Shown piece after piece: positions 1 through 9,571 of a DNA stretch of 64,000 bases. Where the stretch lies: NCBI GenBank assembly GCA_036337225.1, contig JAYZEP010000006.1, positions 161,802 to 225,801 of the forward strand, read 5' to 3'. The translations under genes and the position numbers were made by a program. This stretch comes from Thermodesulfobacteriota bacterium. Lineage in GTDB: Bacteria; Desulfobacterota_D; UBA1144. Within the stretch, counting starts at the first letter, position 1. Every line of letters begins with the position of its first letter. The notes below the pieces were generated by a model that was given only the letters and a program-made list of their open reading frames with translations, had not been told where the DNA came from and ran no database searches.

Positions 1-132
1 GATAACGAAGCAACATCAGCAATAATAACAGCAGCTCCATATCCACCATTTCCTCAGTCATGGGGAACATTGAAAAAATTAAATATTAGAGTTATGTTCG
101 CATATATGCCAAATTCATGGAATTTTAGATAA
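1..132 (+). CDS. 3' end of an unidentified CDS (partial, enters from the left edge)
   Basis: Frame +1 is open for 43 codons from base 1 to TAA at 130-132 (..AIITAAPYPPFPQSWGTLKKLNIRVMFAYMPNSWNFR*), which is unlikely by chance in AT-rich DNA. It overlaps the purM 3' end by 8 nt, like other convergent pairs here. Product not recognised. Confidence 0.3.
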   Translation, partial: DNEATSAIITAAPYPPFPQSWGTLKKLNIRVMFAYMPNSWNFR

Positions 133-1138
133 TTCTCAATCCTTTTTTCTTAGTGACCTTACCAATTATGTAATATTTCTCTCTTATTGAACGAAACGAC
201 TTGTCTAAAGCAGCTAAATCTTTTTGTTGAACACACAAGACAAGGCCAATACCCATATTAAAAATATTGAACATTGCGCTTGAATCAAGCTTAGAAGATG
301 TTTGAATCAAGTCAAACAATTGAGGGATGGGCCAGGAATTTTTTACTAATTCAACACCTAAATTTTTAGGGATCATTCTAGGGACATTCCCCACTAAACC
401 TCCTCCGGTTATATGGGCTATCCCTTTAACTTCAAATTGATTTCTAATTTTATTCAAAACATCGAAGTATATTCTTGTCGGCTTCATAATAGAATTAACA
501 AACCTCTTATCTTTCAAATAATTATTCTTCTTAGCAAAAAACAGTTTTCTTACTAGAGAATATCCATTCGAATGAATTCCACTAGAAGGAAGGCCAATTA
601 GTAAGTCACCACTTTTAATTTTTTTATTAGTTATCACTTCGTCCTTCTCAACAACACCTACCGCAAAACCTGCAAGATCAAAATCTTTTCCACGATAAAC
701 ACCGGGCATTTCGGCAGTCTCACCCCCAATCAATGCGCATTTTGCTTTAACACATCCCTCAGAAACTCCCTTAATAATCTCGGAATGATATTTGGATTGC
801 AATTTTGATGTCGCTAAATAATCAAGAAAAAAAAGAGGAGTTGCGCCAGTGCAGAGCAAATCATTCACGCACATAGCGACCAAATCAATACCTAACCCTT
901 TTATTTTGTTTGTTCTAATACCAAGCTCAATTTTGGTTCCAACTCCATCCGTACAGGCAACCAATAAAGGCTTTTGGTATTTCTTCTTATCTATTGAGAA
1001 GAGAGCAGCAAAAGATGTAGTAGCGCCAACAACATTTTTATTAAGGGTTTTTTTGATATAGGGTTGGATACTTCGTACGAATTTATCACCCTCAGCAATA
1101 TCAACTCCGGAATCTTTATAGGTAATCTTATCTTTCAT
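125..1138 (-). CDS. purM: phosphoribosylformylglycinamidine cyclo-ligase (AIR synthase)
   Basis: 337 aa. PurM-type N-terminus (YKDSGVDIAEGDKFV) and the GGETAEMPGVY motif. Confidence 0.95.
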   Translation of the reverse strand: MKDKITYKDSGVDIAEGDKFVRSIQPYIKKTLNKNVVGATTSFAALFSIDKKKYQKPLLVACTDGVGTKIELGIRTNKIKGLGIDLVAMCVNDLLCTGATPLFFLDYLATSKLQSKYHSEIIKGVSEGCVKAKCALIGGETAEMPGVYRGKDFDLAGFAVGVVEKDEVITNKKIKSGDLLIGLPSSGIHSNGYSLVRKLFFAKKNNYLKDKRFVNSIMKPTRIYFDVLNKIRNQFEVKGIAHITGGGLVGNVPRMIPKNLGVELVKNSWPIPQLFDLIQTSSKLDSSAMFNIFNMGIGLVLCVQQKDLAALDKSFRSIREKYYIIGKVTKKKGLRII

Positions 1139-1144
1139 TAAGAA

Positions 1145-1294
1145 CTAGTTTACTATACCACCAAGAATTCTAATAATCTTTGGAATAAAAGGACCGAGCA
1201 TTGATATAGTTACCAGTAACGCAATAAAGCCAAAAACGGCTAAAGCAAGGCCGATTGCTCCAGCTCTTCCAAGTTTATTATCTTTTGAGTCCAT
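1145..1294 (-). CDS. 49-aa single-pass membrane peptide coupled to actF (possible accessory ACIII subunit)
   Basis: Hand-translated as MDSKDNKLGRAGAIGLALAVFGFIALLVTISMLGPFIPKIIRILGGIVN*. The ATG overlaps the actF stop (TAATG). An AAGGAG sequence lies 10 nt upstream. One hydrophobic helix. Below the 60-aa cutoff of the ORF track. Confidence 0.55.
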   Translation of the reverse strand: MDSKDNKLGRAGAIGLALAVFGFIALLVTISMLGPFIPKIIRILGGIVN

Positions 1295-2529
1295 TAATGT
1301 CCATCTCCTTGAGTTAGTTTCTTAATCAAGTATTTATCCTTCGAGGGAAAGATAGGAAAATATGCAAGAAATTTTGTAACGCATAACAAAAACAGGCATA
1401 AAAATCCAAATGAAATTAACATGCTTTCTAGACCAAAATGAAAATGGTGGTGCATTATTGAAGGGTATATTAATACTATTTTCTCAAGAAATAGTCCCAA
1501 GAAAGAAACAGATGCAATTGTGACCAATGCCGGCTTAACAATTTTTGTTGTTCTAGGTATTAATGTTATGAAGGGGACAACAAAAACACATGTAACAGTT
1601 ACCCAGGATAGAGATTTATATGGATCCTCAAAGACTCTTGCGCCAATAAAACCTGTTTCCTCAGGCATGTTGGCGTACCAAATAGGGAGGAATTGGGAGA
1701 AAAATAAATATAGCCAAAATACAGAAAGACCAAACATTAGCTTAGCAGCATCATAAAATTGGTACTCAGTTATAACGTTTTCTAGTTGGAATCGATTCGT
1801 AAGTATTGAGGAAACAATAATTAGCAACCCAAGAGCTCCTAACAATGACGCAATGAAATAATAAACTCCAAAAAGAGTGCTATAGAAGTGGGGGTGCAAA
1901 GACATCATAAAATCCCAAGATAAGAAACTCATCGTTAAAGCATATATAAAAGCAATAGCAACAGAAAACTTGTAGAGCTTTGAGTCATAACTACTAGGGT
2001 CTTCTTTCTCCTTTGGATTAGAGCCTAAGAATGAAAAAAAGCCTGTTAGCCTATTGCTACCAACGCAATCTTGCCTAATTGAGTAATAAAGGTAGTAATA
2101 AAAAAGGATATGCAATAAGCCCAAACAGAATACACTTCTCATAAATACAAAAGGAGTACTTAGCCACTTTTGCTTATATTCTAAAACGGTATAAGGCATT
2201 GTATATTCTCGTCCTAGGAACAAGATAAATAAAAAAAGAAAAACAAATGGTATAAAGGACCCAAAAGATTCACTAATTCGCATCAGAGATCTACCCCAGC
2301 TTGAATTAGTAATACGCATCAGGCATGCGAAAAGTACTCCACCGTGACTTATGCCCGCCCAAAATACAAAATTTAGATGAAAAGCAGCCCACGCAGTATC
2401 TTGATGTCCTGAATTCAATGAATAGATAAACGTGGCCGTCCCGAGTAAGAATCCGGCAACTAGAAAATATGTTAGCGTATTGGGAAACACTATCTTCTTG
2501 TCTAACATACTATTAACATCTGAACTCAT
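1294..2529 (-). CDS. actF: alternative complex III subunit ActF (NrfD/PsrC-like membrane subunit)
   Basis: 411-aa polytopic membrane protein. It is the second NrfD-like gene in the cluster and sits directly after the monohaem subunit. Confidence 0.85.
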   Translation of the reverse strand: MSSDVNSMLDKKIVFPNTLTYFLVAGFLLGTATFIYSLNSGHQDTAWAAFHLNFVFWAGISHGGVLFACLMRITNSSWGRSLMRISESFGSFIPFVFLFLFILFLGREYTMPYTVLEYKQKWLSTPFVFMRSVFCLGLLHILFYYYLYYSIRQDCVGSNRLTGFFSFLGSNPKEKEDPSSYDSKLYKFSVAIAFIYALTMSFLSWDFMMSLHPHFYSTLFGVYYFIASLLGALGLLIIVSSILTNRFQLENVITEYQFYDAAKLMFGLSVFWLYLFFSQFLPIWYANMPEETGFIGARVFEDPYKSLSWVTVTCVFVVPFITLIPRTTKIVKPALVTIASVSFLGLFLEKIVLIYPSIMHHHFHFGLESMLISFGFLCLFLLCVTKFLAYFPIFPSKDKYLIKKLTQGDGH

Positions 2530-2538
2530 TATTGCTCC

Positions 2539-3054
2539 TTATTTTACTTTTCCTTGTAGGTATCGAACATAATAGACGATATCCCAAGTTTCTTTTTCCG
2601 TAACTCTGGCATATGCAGGCATCATCACCTTGCCACCATATCTGATATAAGCGTAGATGTACCCGTCCGTTCTGTTTTGAGTTTGTACTTGAGTAAGATT
2701 GACAGGATAGAAATACGATTTTGGTCGCAGATTGTTTTTAATAACAGGTCCATCACCCAGCCCCTTCATGCCGTGGCACGAATAACAATAAGTTTCGTAA
2801 AGTATTTTTCCCTTAGATATAGATTCTTTGCCATTATTGGGTCCGGTCTCAATCGCTTCATATTCTTCCCTTGACATCTCTGCCGAATTATCATTAACAA
2901 AGACAGAATCTTTAGGATATTCCCTTGCTTCTTCATAGGGCTTAATACTTGGCTGGTCCCACATATCTGTAGACCAAGGGAGTGAAAACGAAGAAGAGCT
3001 TAATGCAAAAATAAAAATCACACAACATGCAATAAAACGAAATTTAATCTTCAT
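2539..3054 (-). CDS. actE: alternative complex III monohaem cytochrome c subunit ActE
   Basis: 171 aa. Hydrophobic N-terminal signal with FIAC|C, and a single CxxCH (CYSCHG). Position between actD and actF. Confidence 0.85.
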   Translation of the reverse strand: MKIKFRFIACCVIFIFALSSSSFSLPWSTDMWDQPSIKPYEEAREYPKDSVFVNDNSAEMSREEYEAIETGPNNGKESISKGKILYETYCYSCHGMKGLGDGPVIKNNLRPKSYFYPVNLTQVQTQNRTDGYIYAYIRYGGKVMMPAYARVTEKETWDIVYYVRYLQGKVK

Positions 3055-3682
3055 TCTTCTCTTCCTCTATTGTGGCCACTTCGTTCTCTGTGGATTCCGC
3101 TGTTACTTCTTCTTCTTTTGTATCAACGATTTGTTCTGCAACAACAGGGACACCATTAATCTTGATTTCTTCAGATCCAGACTCTTTTAAAATACTTTCA
3201 ACTTCTTCAAGATGAGACGGAGAGCAATGTACCAAGATACCGAATTTATCATTCGTAAATCGTTCATCATAAAGATTTGGAGGGACATCTTTTCTTAACC
3301 GCGCATTAATTATTAGACCTAGAAAAGTGGACAAGCCCCCTATTAAAATCATACATTCAAATATGATTATCATATAAGGTGGGATAGAAACTATAGGTTT
3401 TGCACTAGTAACAATTGGCCAATCTATAGATGTCAGAACAGTAAAAGCAACACCAACAAGTGCTCCAATAATTGCTCCAGTCAAAGTAAAATATTTAACC
3501 TTACTTGGTTCTTTTCCAGTGTCTAGAGAATCTTCTATTTCATGAATTGGGCAAGGAGAGAAGACTCTTATGTTTTCAAAACCTTTTTTCCTTAATTGTT
3601 TTATTGAATTAACAAGAAGATCAACATACGAATAAATTCCAAGAATGTTTTCGTCATTATTATTCATTGTTCGAACCTCCAT
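3044..3682 (-). CDS. actD: alternative complex III membrane subunit ActD
   Basis: 212 aa with two central hydrophobic helices and an acidic C-terminal tail. Overlaps actC by 23 nt and actE by 11 nt. The call is mainly positional. Confidence 0.75.
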   Translation of the reverse strand: MEVRTMNNNDENILGIYSYVDLLVNSIKQLRKKGFENIRVFSPCPIHEIEDSLDTGKEPSKVKYFTLTGAIIGALVGVAFTVLTSIDWPIVTSAKPIVSIPPYMIIIFECMILIGGLSTFLGLIINARLRKDVPPNLYDERFTNDKFGILVHCSPSHLEEVESILKESGSEEIKINGVPVVAEQIVDTKEEEVTAESTENEVATIEEEKNED

Positions 3683-5018
3683 TCTTTTTTGGAACTGGAA
3701 GAATTTCTTTTATTTCAGCAATCGAAAGCGCAGGAAGAGTTCGTACGAAGATAAGGAAGAACATGAAGAACCAAGCAAAACTTCCAACGGTTATTCCCAA
3801 TTCAACCCATGACGGCTTATACAAGCCCCATGAACCTGGTTCGAATTCTTTTGCTAGAGATATAACGATGATGTTAAATCTTTCAAACCACATACCAACA
3901 TTAATCAAAAGAGATATAACGAATAAGACCGTCAAGTTTTGTCTTATTTTTTTAAACCAAAGAGCGTGAGGGACGATGCCGTTGCAAAACATCATCGTCC
4001 AATAAAATAAAGCATAATCACCTGTAGCTCGATATAGAAACTGATCATATTCATATTTATTATCACTATACCAAGCAATAAAGAACTCAGTTAGATAAGC
4101 ATAAAAGACAATGCTCGAAGTTAATATTATCATTTTAGACATTCCATCAAAATTATCCATGGTTATATAATCTTCTAATTTAAATATCTTCCTAAGTGGA
4201 ATTACAAGCGTTATAACCATAGCAAGACCAGAAAAAATTGCACCCGCCACGAAATATGGTGGAAAAATTGTGGTATGCCATCCAGGTGTATTAGCCATAG
4301 CAAAATCCCATGAAACTACACTGTGTACTGAAATAACCAAAGGTGTAGCGAATGCCGCAAAATAGAAATACGCCCTTGTATAGTGACCCCATTCCCAATT
4401 TGTACCTTTCCATCCGAGAGAGATAACCGAGTAAAAAGCTTTTTTTACTCTCCCAACAACAGAATCCCTAATCGCAGCAATATCAGGAATCATCCCAATA
4501 AAGAAGAAAGTCGAACTTATAGTTAAATAAGTACTAACAGCAAAAACATCCCACAAAAGAGGAGAATCAAAATTAACCCAAAGCCCTCTTTGATTAGGAT
4601 ATGGAAGGAGCCAATAAAAATTCCATGGTCTTCCGAGATGAATAATGGGGAATAGTCCAGCAGTAAAAACAGCAAAAACTGTCATTGCCTCGGCAATTCT
4701 ATAGATGGACATCCTAAATCTAGCCCTAAATAAGTACAAAACCGCCGATATTAAGGTTCCCGAATGCGCAATACCAACCCAAAAAACAAAATTCGTAATA
4801 TATACTCCCCAGAGAACTGGATGACTATATCCAGCTACACCTAAGCCAGTAAATATCTGATACATAAAGCAGTAAATGCCAAACCCGAGAAAAAGAAGGT
4901 CTACAATAAATATTGACCACCATCCAAATGAAGGCTTATTAAGCATGTTTAGTACCGTCTTGTTCAAATTCGAATACTTGTGTGCCTCAACTATATCGCT
5001 CATTACACTTTGTCCCAA
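3660..5018 (-). CDS. actC: alternative complex III quinol-interacting membrane subunit ActC (NrfD-like)
   Basis: 452-aa polytopic NrfD/PsrC-family protein immediately after actB (16-nt overlap). Confidence 0.9.
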   Translation of the reverse strand: MGQSVMSDIVEAHKYSNLNKTVLNMLNKPSFGWWSIFIVDLLFLGFGIYCFMYQIFTGLGVAGYSHPVLWGVYITNFVFWVGIAHSGTLISAVLYLFRARFRMSIYRIAEAMTVFAVFTAGLFPIIHLGRPWNFYWLLPYPNQRGLWVNFDSPLLWDVFAVSTYLTISSTFFFIGMIPDIAAIRDSVVGRVKKAFYSVISLGWKGTNWEWGHYTRAYFYFAAFATPLVISVHSVVSWDFAMANTPGWHTTIFPPYFVAGAIFSGLAMVITLVIPLRKIFKLEDYITMDNFDGMSKMIILTSSIVFYAYLTEFFIAWYSDNKYEYDQFLYRATGDYALFYWTMMFCNGIVPHALWFKKIRQNLTVLFVISLLINVGMWFERFNIIVISLAKEFEPGSWGLYKPSWVELGITVGSFAWFFMFFLIFVRTLPALSIAEIKEILPVPKKNGGSNNE

Positions 5019-7945
5019 CTAATTTTTTTAAGATAGGATACAGATGGTCTTGTATTAAGTTCGCTCAGCAAAGTATAAGATCGTGCATCATGGCCCAATT
5101 TTGCAACTTTACCTTTTGAATCGTTTAAATCTCCAAACTCAATAGCATTAGATGGACAAGCCTGCTGACATGCTGTAACCACTTCACCTTCTCTAAGCTT
5201 TCTTTTTTCGTCTTTTGCACTATCTTTTGCATAGGTAATTCTTTGTGAGCAGAAACTACATTTTTCCATTACACCTTTTGATCTTACAGTTACATCAGGA
5301 TTAAGTTGCAGGTTGAGCGGTTCTGGCCACTCGTATTTAAACCAATTAAATCTTCTAACTTTATATGAACAGTTATTAGAACAGTATCTAGTTCCAACGC
5401 ACCTAGAATATACCATAACGTTAAGACCTTCAGGATTGTGATATGTAGCAAATACGGGACAAACGGGCTCACATGGAGCGTTCTCACAATGTTGACACAG
5501 TTGGGGAATAATTTTCGTATCAACTCTTACGGAGTCGATATAATCGTTTTCTTCTTCTTCTTGAAATCTTTCTATTTTTAACCAGGCCATATGACGGCCA
5601 AGGCCAACTTGTTCTTTTCCGACAACCGGTATGTTGTTTTCCGCATAGCAAGCCGTTACGCACGCACCGCATCCTGTGCATTTATCCAAATCAATGTTCA
5701 TCCCCCACTTATGGACAAAATAATCATACTCTCTATACATGTCATGCTCTGCGTGATGTCCATTTCCATGATGGTCATTGTTTTTTTCATTTAATAATTT
5801 CGAAAGAGCCACAGTTTGAACTATTTCTCTGTTCTCTTGTGAATATGAATTCTGAACTTTGACAAATTTCGCCCATTCACCAGTTTTATTAATCGTTACT
5901 TTGGTTGATGCCCAATTTAGATTGCCAGCCCTACCAGTTATATCTCCGTCTAGAAGATTGATTGGATTGACTCCACGATCCTTTGCGTATCTACCCATTG
6001 CTTTATGGCCTTGGCCAAGAGAAATAGACACAGTATCGGGTCGAATAGCATTAGACAAATATGCTTGAGTTGTGATTTTGCCAAAATCGGATTCTACATC
6101 GATAAAATCGCCTTCTTTGATGTCAAGTTTTTTAGCAAATTTTGAATTAATTTCTATCCAAGAGTCCCAAACTGCCGTTGTCAAGAGATCAGGCAATTCT
6201 TGCAACCAAGATTTGTTTGCACCTCTTCCATCATAAAATTTATAAGAAGGGGAAATATGCAAATTGAGCTTATCCTTAGAAGTCGAAGGTATTTTAATAG
6301 AAAAGCGGTTCGACGACTTGTATGATGTAGAAGTTTTATTTGCAACCTCATTGAATAATCCACCATCTCGAAGAGACTTCTTCCAGAAGTCATCGAATGA
6401 TGATTCAGGTGAGAATCTCTTCCAGGAATCTTTCAAATATTCCAAGTATGATTTCGATTTTATTGATTTGCTTGTTGGTTTGACATTATTAAAAACGGAA
6501 ATTAGTGAGTCACCAAGAGACAAGTTACCATATAAAGGTTTCATCACGGGTTGCATTAAATAATAATTTCCTTTTTTACCTTCGTAGTCTCCCCATTGTT
6601 CCAATGGATGGGAATCTGGCAGAACGAGGTCACAGACTTCTGTCGTTTCGTCAAGAACCGAAGAAAAGCTGATTTTATAAGGAATTTTATCAAAAATATT
6701 TTTGATACCCAGAGAATCTGGTAGGGAATAAATTGGGTTCGCATTGTGAATCATGACAACATCAACTTGACCAGAATTAGCTTTATTTGCAAACTCAATC
6801 ATCTTAGAATATTTTGAAGCATTAGAAAGCATCATATGATTATCAAAATCAATTTTATTTAGATTGCCAGTTATATAGTTAAGAAGATTAATTGCGATTA
6901 TTGTTACATACTCGTTGCTCCCCGCTCCTGAGAGTCCCCCACCTATCGCCAAAGCAGATTTAGACTTTGAGAAATCAACTGCGATCTTCTTTATCGATTC
7001 TTCAGAAATACCCGTTAGCTTGCTAGTGACCGTTAGGTTGAAGTCAGACAAATTCTTGAAAGTTCCAGGAACTTTATTCCTATTTAAATTATTTTCTGCA
7101 ATGTAATTGATAATCCCTAGGGCCAGGTAAAGATTTGTATTAGTGACTATCGGTACCCATTCGTCCGCTTTAGCGCCAGTAAGAGTCAACTTAGGTTCTA
7201 TCTGAACAAATTTCCCTTTGTTTTTGCCCTTTATCGAATGCATTTTTGTAAACCTTGCTGTATATTCAAGCGGAGAAAGCCAGGTCTCAAGAAAATCGGC
7301 GCCAAAACTAAGTAAATATTTCGCCTCATCAATTTTATAAGTAGGAATCAGTGGTTTTCCAAAAGATATATTGTTAGCGTAAGTTATATGCTCGTAAGAC
7401 AAAGCCTCGTACTTGACCCTTGTAGCATTGATTTTTTTGCAAAAAGAGTCGATAAGCTTATCTAAAGTCCCGGTAGTATTGTCGGTTATAAAATATATAT
7501 TCGCTTTTTTCTCGTTAAGTTTTTTTGTAAAAATATCTAGTCCAGAAGTCCAAGTAATAGGAGTTAGATTGCCTCTGTTGTTTTTAAATAATGCCTCCTT
7601 TATTCTATCTGGGTCATATAGCCCCTGAAGTGAAGCCTGGGTTTCCGCACTAGATGCACCTCCTGATATCGGGTCAAGAGGATTACCTTCAATTTTGATA
7701 GCTCTACCTTCCCTCACTTTGACCGTAATTGATGATCCAACAGGAGAATGTGGTAATGCGGTTGAATAAAAATTAGGAAGACCCGGAATAACATCGTCCG
7801 GCGGAATTGCATATGATACTAATTTGTCGAGGGGTTCGGGAGAGCATCCAGATGATATGACAGCAGCGCCCCCTATTGCGGACAAGGCCTTTAAAAAATC
7901 TCGTCTATTCAGAGAGCCTCTTTTATTTTTTTCTTCAGAACTCAT
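5003..7945 (-). CDS. actB: alternative complex III subunit ActB (molybdopterin-oxidoreductase-like domain fused to Fe-S domain)
   Basis: 980 aa. Twin-arginine signal (SLNRRDFLKAL), a large MopB-like N-terminal part, and a C-terminal polyferredoxin part (CTGCGACVTAC, CQHCENAPCEPVCP, CVGTRYCSNNC, CQQACP). Confidence 0.92.
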   Translation of the reverse strand: MSSEEKNKRGSLNRRDFLKALSAIGGAAVISSGCSPEPLDKLVSYAIPPDDVIPGLPNFYSTALPHSPVGSSITVKVREGRAIKIEGNPLDPISGGASSAETQASLQGLYDPDRIKEALFKNNRGNLTPITWTSGLDIFTKKLNEKKANIYFITDNTTGTLDKLIDSFCKKINATRVKYEALSYEHITYANNISFGKPLIPTYKIDEAKYLLSFGADFLETWLSPLEYTARFTKMHSIKGKNKGKFVQIEPKLTLTGAKADEWVPIVTNTNLYLALGIINYIAENNLNRNKVPGTFKNLSDFNLTVTSKLTGISEESIKKIAVDFSKSKSALAIGGGLSGAGSNEYVTIIAINLLNYITGNLNKIDFDNHMMLSNASKYSKMIEFANKANSGQVDVVMIHNANPIYSLPDSLGIKNIFDKIPYKISFSSVLDETTEVCDLVLPDSHPLEQWGDYEGKKGNYYLMQPVMKPLYGNLSLGDSLISVFNNVKPTSKSIKSKSYLEYLKDSWKRFSPESSFDDFWKKSLRDGGLFNEVANKTSTSYKSSNRFSIKIPSTSKDKLNLHISPSYKFYDGRGANKSWLQELPDLLTTAVWDSWIEINSKFAKKLDIKEGDFIDVESDFGKITTQAYLSNAIRPDTVSISLGQGHKAMGRYAKDRGVNPINLLDGDITGRAGNLNWASTKVTINKTGEWAKFVKVQNSYSQENREIVQTVALSKLLNEKNNDHHGNGHHAEHDMYREYDYFVHKWGMNIDLDKCTGCGACVTACYAENNIPVVGKEQVGLGRHMAWLKIERFQEEEENDYIDSVRVDTKIIPQLCQHCENAPCEPVCPVFATYHNPEGLNVMVYSRCVGTRYCSNNCSYKVRRFNWFKYEWPEPLNLQLNPDVTVRSKGVMEKCSFCSQRITYAKDSAKDEKRKLREGEVVTACQQACPSNAIEFGDLNDSKGKVAKLGHDARSYTLLSELNTRPSVSYLKKISWDKV

Positions 7946-7967
7946 ATTAAAATGAAATAACTTTAGC

Positions 7968-8753
7968 TTAATGATGACATGTAGAACAGTCTTTTAGCCA
8001 AGCAACCTCCTTATCAATATTAATTATCCTCTCGGAAGAATCACTTGATCCCCATGGTTCTCCGAGTTTCTTCTTATCTTTGTAAAGTTCATTAGTCGGG
8101 ATTCTACCTGTATGAGTCATTATCCTTTTATCTAAGTCACTTAAATTAGAGATGCCCTTATGGATGTCTTCAAGTTCTTTAAAATTCTTATCAAGTACCT
8201 GTTCGTGACAGCTTATGCACCAACCCATCTTGATATTAACAATGGGCTTTGGTATGTCTACATTCTCAACATCTCCGTGGCAAGTCTTGCACTCCAATCC
8301 ATACCGAATATGTGGCTTATGAGGAAATTTAGCATGTTCAGGTACATAGTGATAATTTACCCATGGAATAGGCTCTTTGTTTTCCCAATATATTGTCAGC
8401 TTCTTTATCTCATCTTCAAAATTAATTCGCTTTCTGCCATCATATAAATAATCCGTTGGGTTAATCAATTTATCTTTAAATTTATATATCCTTTTAGGGT
8501 CCTTTGGATCGTACTCAGCTTTTACATATTTATGACACCCCATACACTCCATCACCGAGGGTATCCCCGGCTGAGAAGATTTTGCTACATAGGAGTGACA
8601 ATAGGTACAAGGTATCTCATTTACCCCTGCATGTATTTTGTGACTAAAAGCAATAGGCTGATGAGGTTCGTAATCCTTTATAAAAACAAAATACACAGCA
8701 AAAACAGTCATTACGAATGCAACAATAGTCAGTACAAGAAGTTTCTTTGGCAA
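7968..8753 (-). CDS. actA: alternative complex III pentahaem cytochrome c subunit ActA
   Basis: 261 aa. N-terminal TM anchor and five CxxCH motifs (CTYCH, CMGCH, CKTCH, CISCH, CSTCH). TTG start preceded by AGGAA. Confidence 0.9.
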   Translation of the reverse strand: MPKKLLVLTIVAFVMTVFAVYFVFIKDYEPHQPIAFSHKIHAGVNEIPCTYCHSYVAKSSQPGIPSVMECMGCHKYVKAEYDPKDPKRIYKFKDKLINPTDYLYDGRKRINFEDEIKKLTIYWENKEPIPWVNYHYVPEHAKFPHKPHIRYGLECKTCHGDVENVDIPKPIVNIKMGWCISCHEQVLDKNFKELEDIHKGISNLSDLDKRIMTHTGRIPTNELYKDKKKLGEPWGSSDSSERIINIDKEVAWLKDCSTCHH

Positions 8754-8798
8754 CCTAGTATTCCTTATTCTACAACCGATTTTTTGGAGACTCGTAAA

Positions 8799-8826
8799 AT
8801 GATAGCATAGTGGATTTTGCTGTCAA
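8799..8826 (-). promoter_or_regulatory. sigma70-like promoter candidate for the act operon
   Basis: The minus strand reads TTGACA (8826-8821), a 16-nt spacer, then TATCAT (8804-8799), 46 nt upstream of the actA TTG start in the 82-nt bioD-actA gap. AT-rich DNA gives false positives. Confidence 0.4.
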
Positions 8827-8835
8827 ACAACTGGG

Positions 8836-9570
8836 TTAGCGGGGAATTTTACTGAATTTGTCTTTACAGTTTGCAAGGAATTTCTGAGATTGAAATTCGC
8901 CATTCAAAGATGGGGCAAACCATTTTTTCACTGAATATTGTGTTTTTTCTAGTTTCTCGACGAGAAGTTGTGGAACAACGCCCAGAATATTTATTCCATT
9001 TTCTTTTAAAATAATAGGATTATATAATTCTGAAATATTTGGCCTCTTTGGATAACGATTAATCACTACTCCTTCGAGCTTTATTTTTCTTCTCTTTAGG
9101 GCTTCAACGGAAAGCAGCGTATGATTGATAGTGCCAAGAAATGGTAGTACGACCAGTATTGTTCTTGCCTTAAGTGCACCAATGAGGTCTATTACTTCAA
9201 AATTTTTTCCTATAGGTACCCTAAGACCACCCGCACCTTCAACAATAACCAAATCATACAACTTGCTTAATTTGTGAATGTTTTTTGTTATTTGTTCTTT
9301 TTTTATGTTTGTTTTTGCTAGAATCGATGCAGTCAATGGCGCTAATGGTTGTTTAAAACTGTAAAAATTAAAAAAATCCAGTTTGTCTAAATTATGCTTA
9401 TTCAGTGCTTTAATTAAATCTAGATCCGATTTATTTGTGGAATTTACACCAGATTCAATAGGTTTTACAACAGCTATGCTCTTATACTTTTCACTTAAAC
9501 AATCAGTTAAGAGTGCGGTAACAAAAGTCTTGCCTATATTGGTATCGTTTCCCGTAATAAATAAAATCAT
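8836..9570 (-). CDS. bioD: dethiobiotin synthase
   Basis: 244 aa. N-terminal P-loop FITGNDTNIGKTFVT and the EGAGG motif. Confidence 0.9.
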   Translation of the reverse strand: MILFITGNDTNIGKTFVTALLTDCLSEKYKSIAVVKPIESGVNSTNKSDLDLIKALNKHNLDKLDFFNFYSFKQPLAPLTASILAKTNIKKEQITKNIHKLSKLYDLVIVEGAGGLRVPIGKNFEVIDLIGALKARTILVVLPFLGTINHTLLSVEALKRRKIKLEGVVINRYPKRPNISELYNPIILKENGINILGVVPQLLVEKLEKTQYSVKKWFAPSLNGEFQSQKFLANCKDKFSKIPR

Positions 9571-9571
9571 C

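Noticed and set aside
1-124. Minus-strand start of a gene downstream of purM (MFPMTEEMVDMELLLLLLMLLRY..).
   Set aside because: Only about 23 codons are open, the sequence is low-complexity, and there is no RBS. The plus-strand frame is open across all 43 codons and is the better, though still weak, interpretation.
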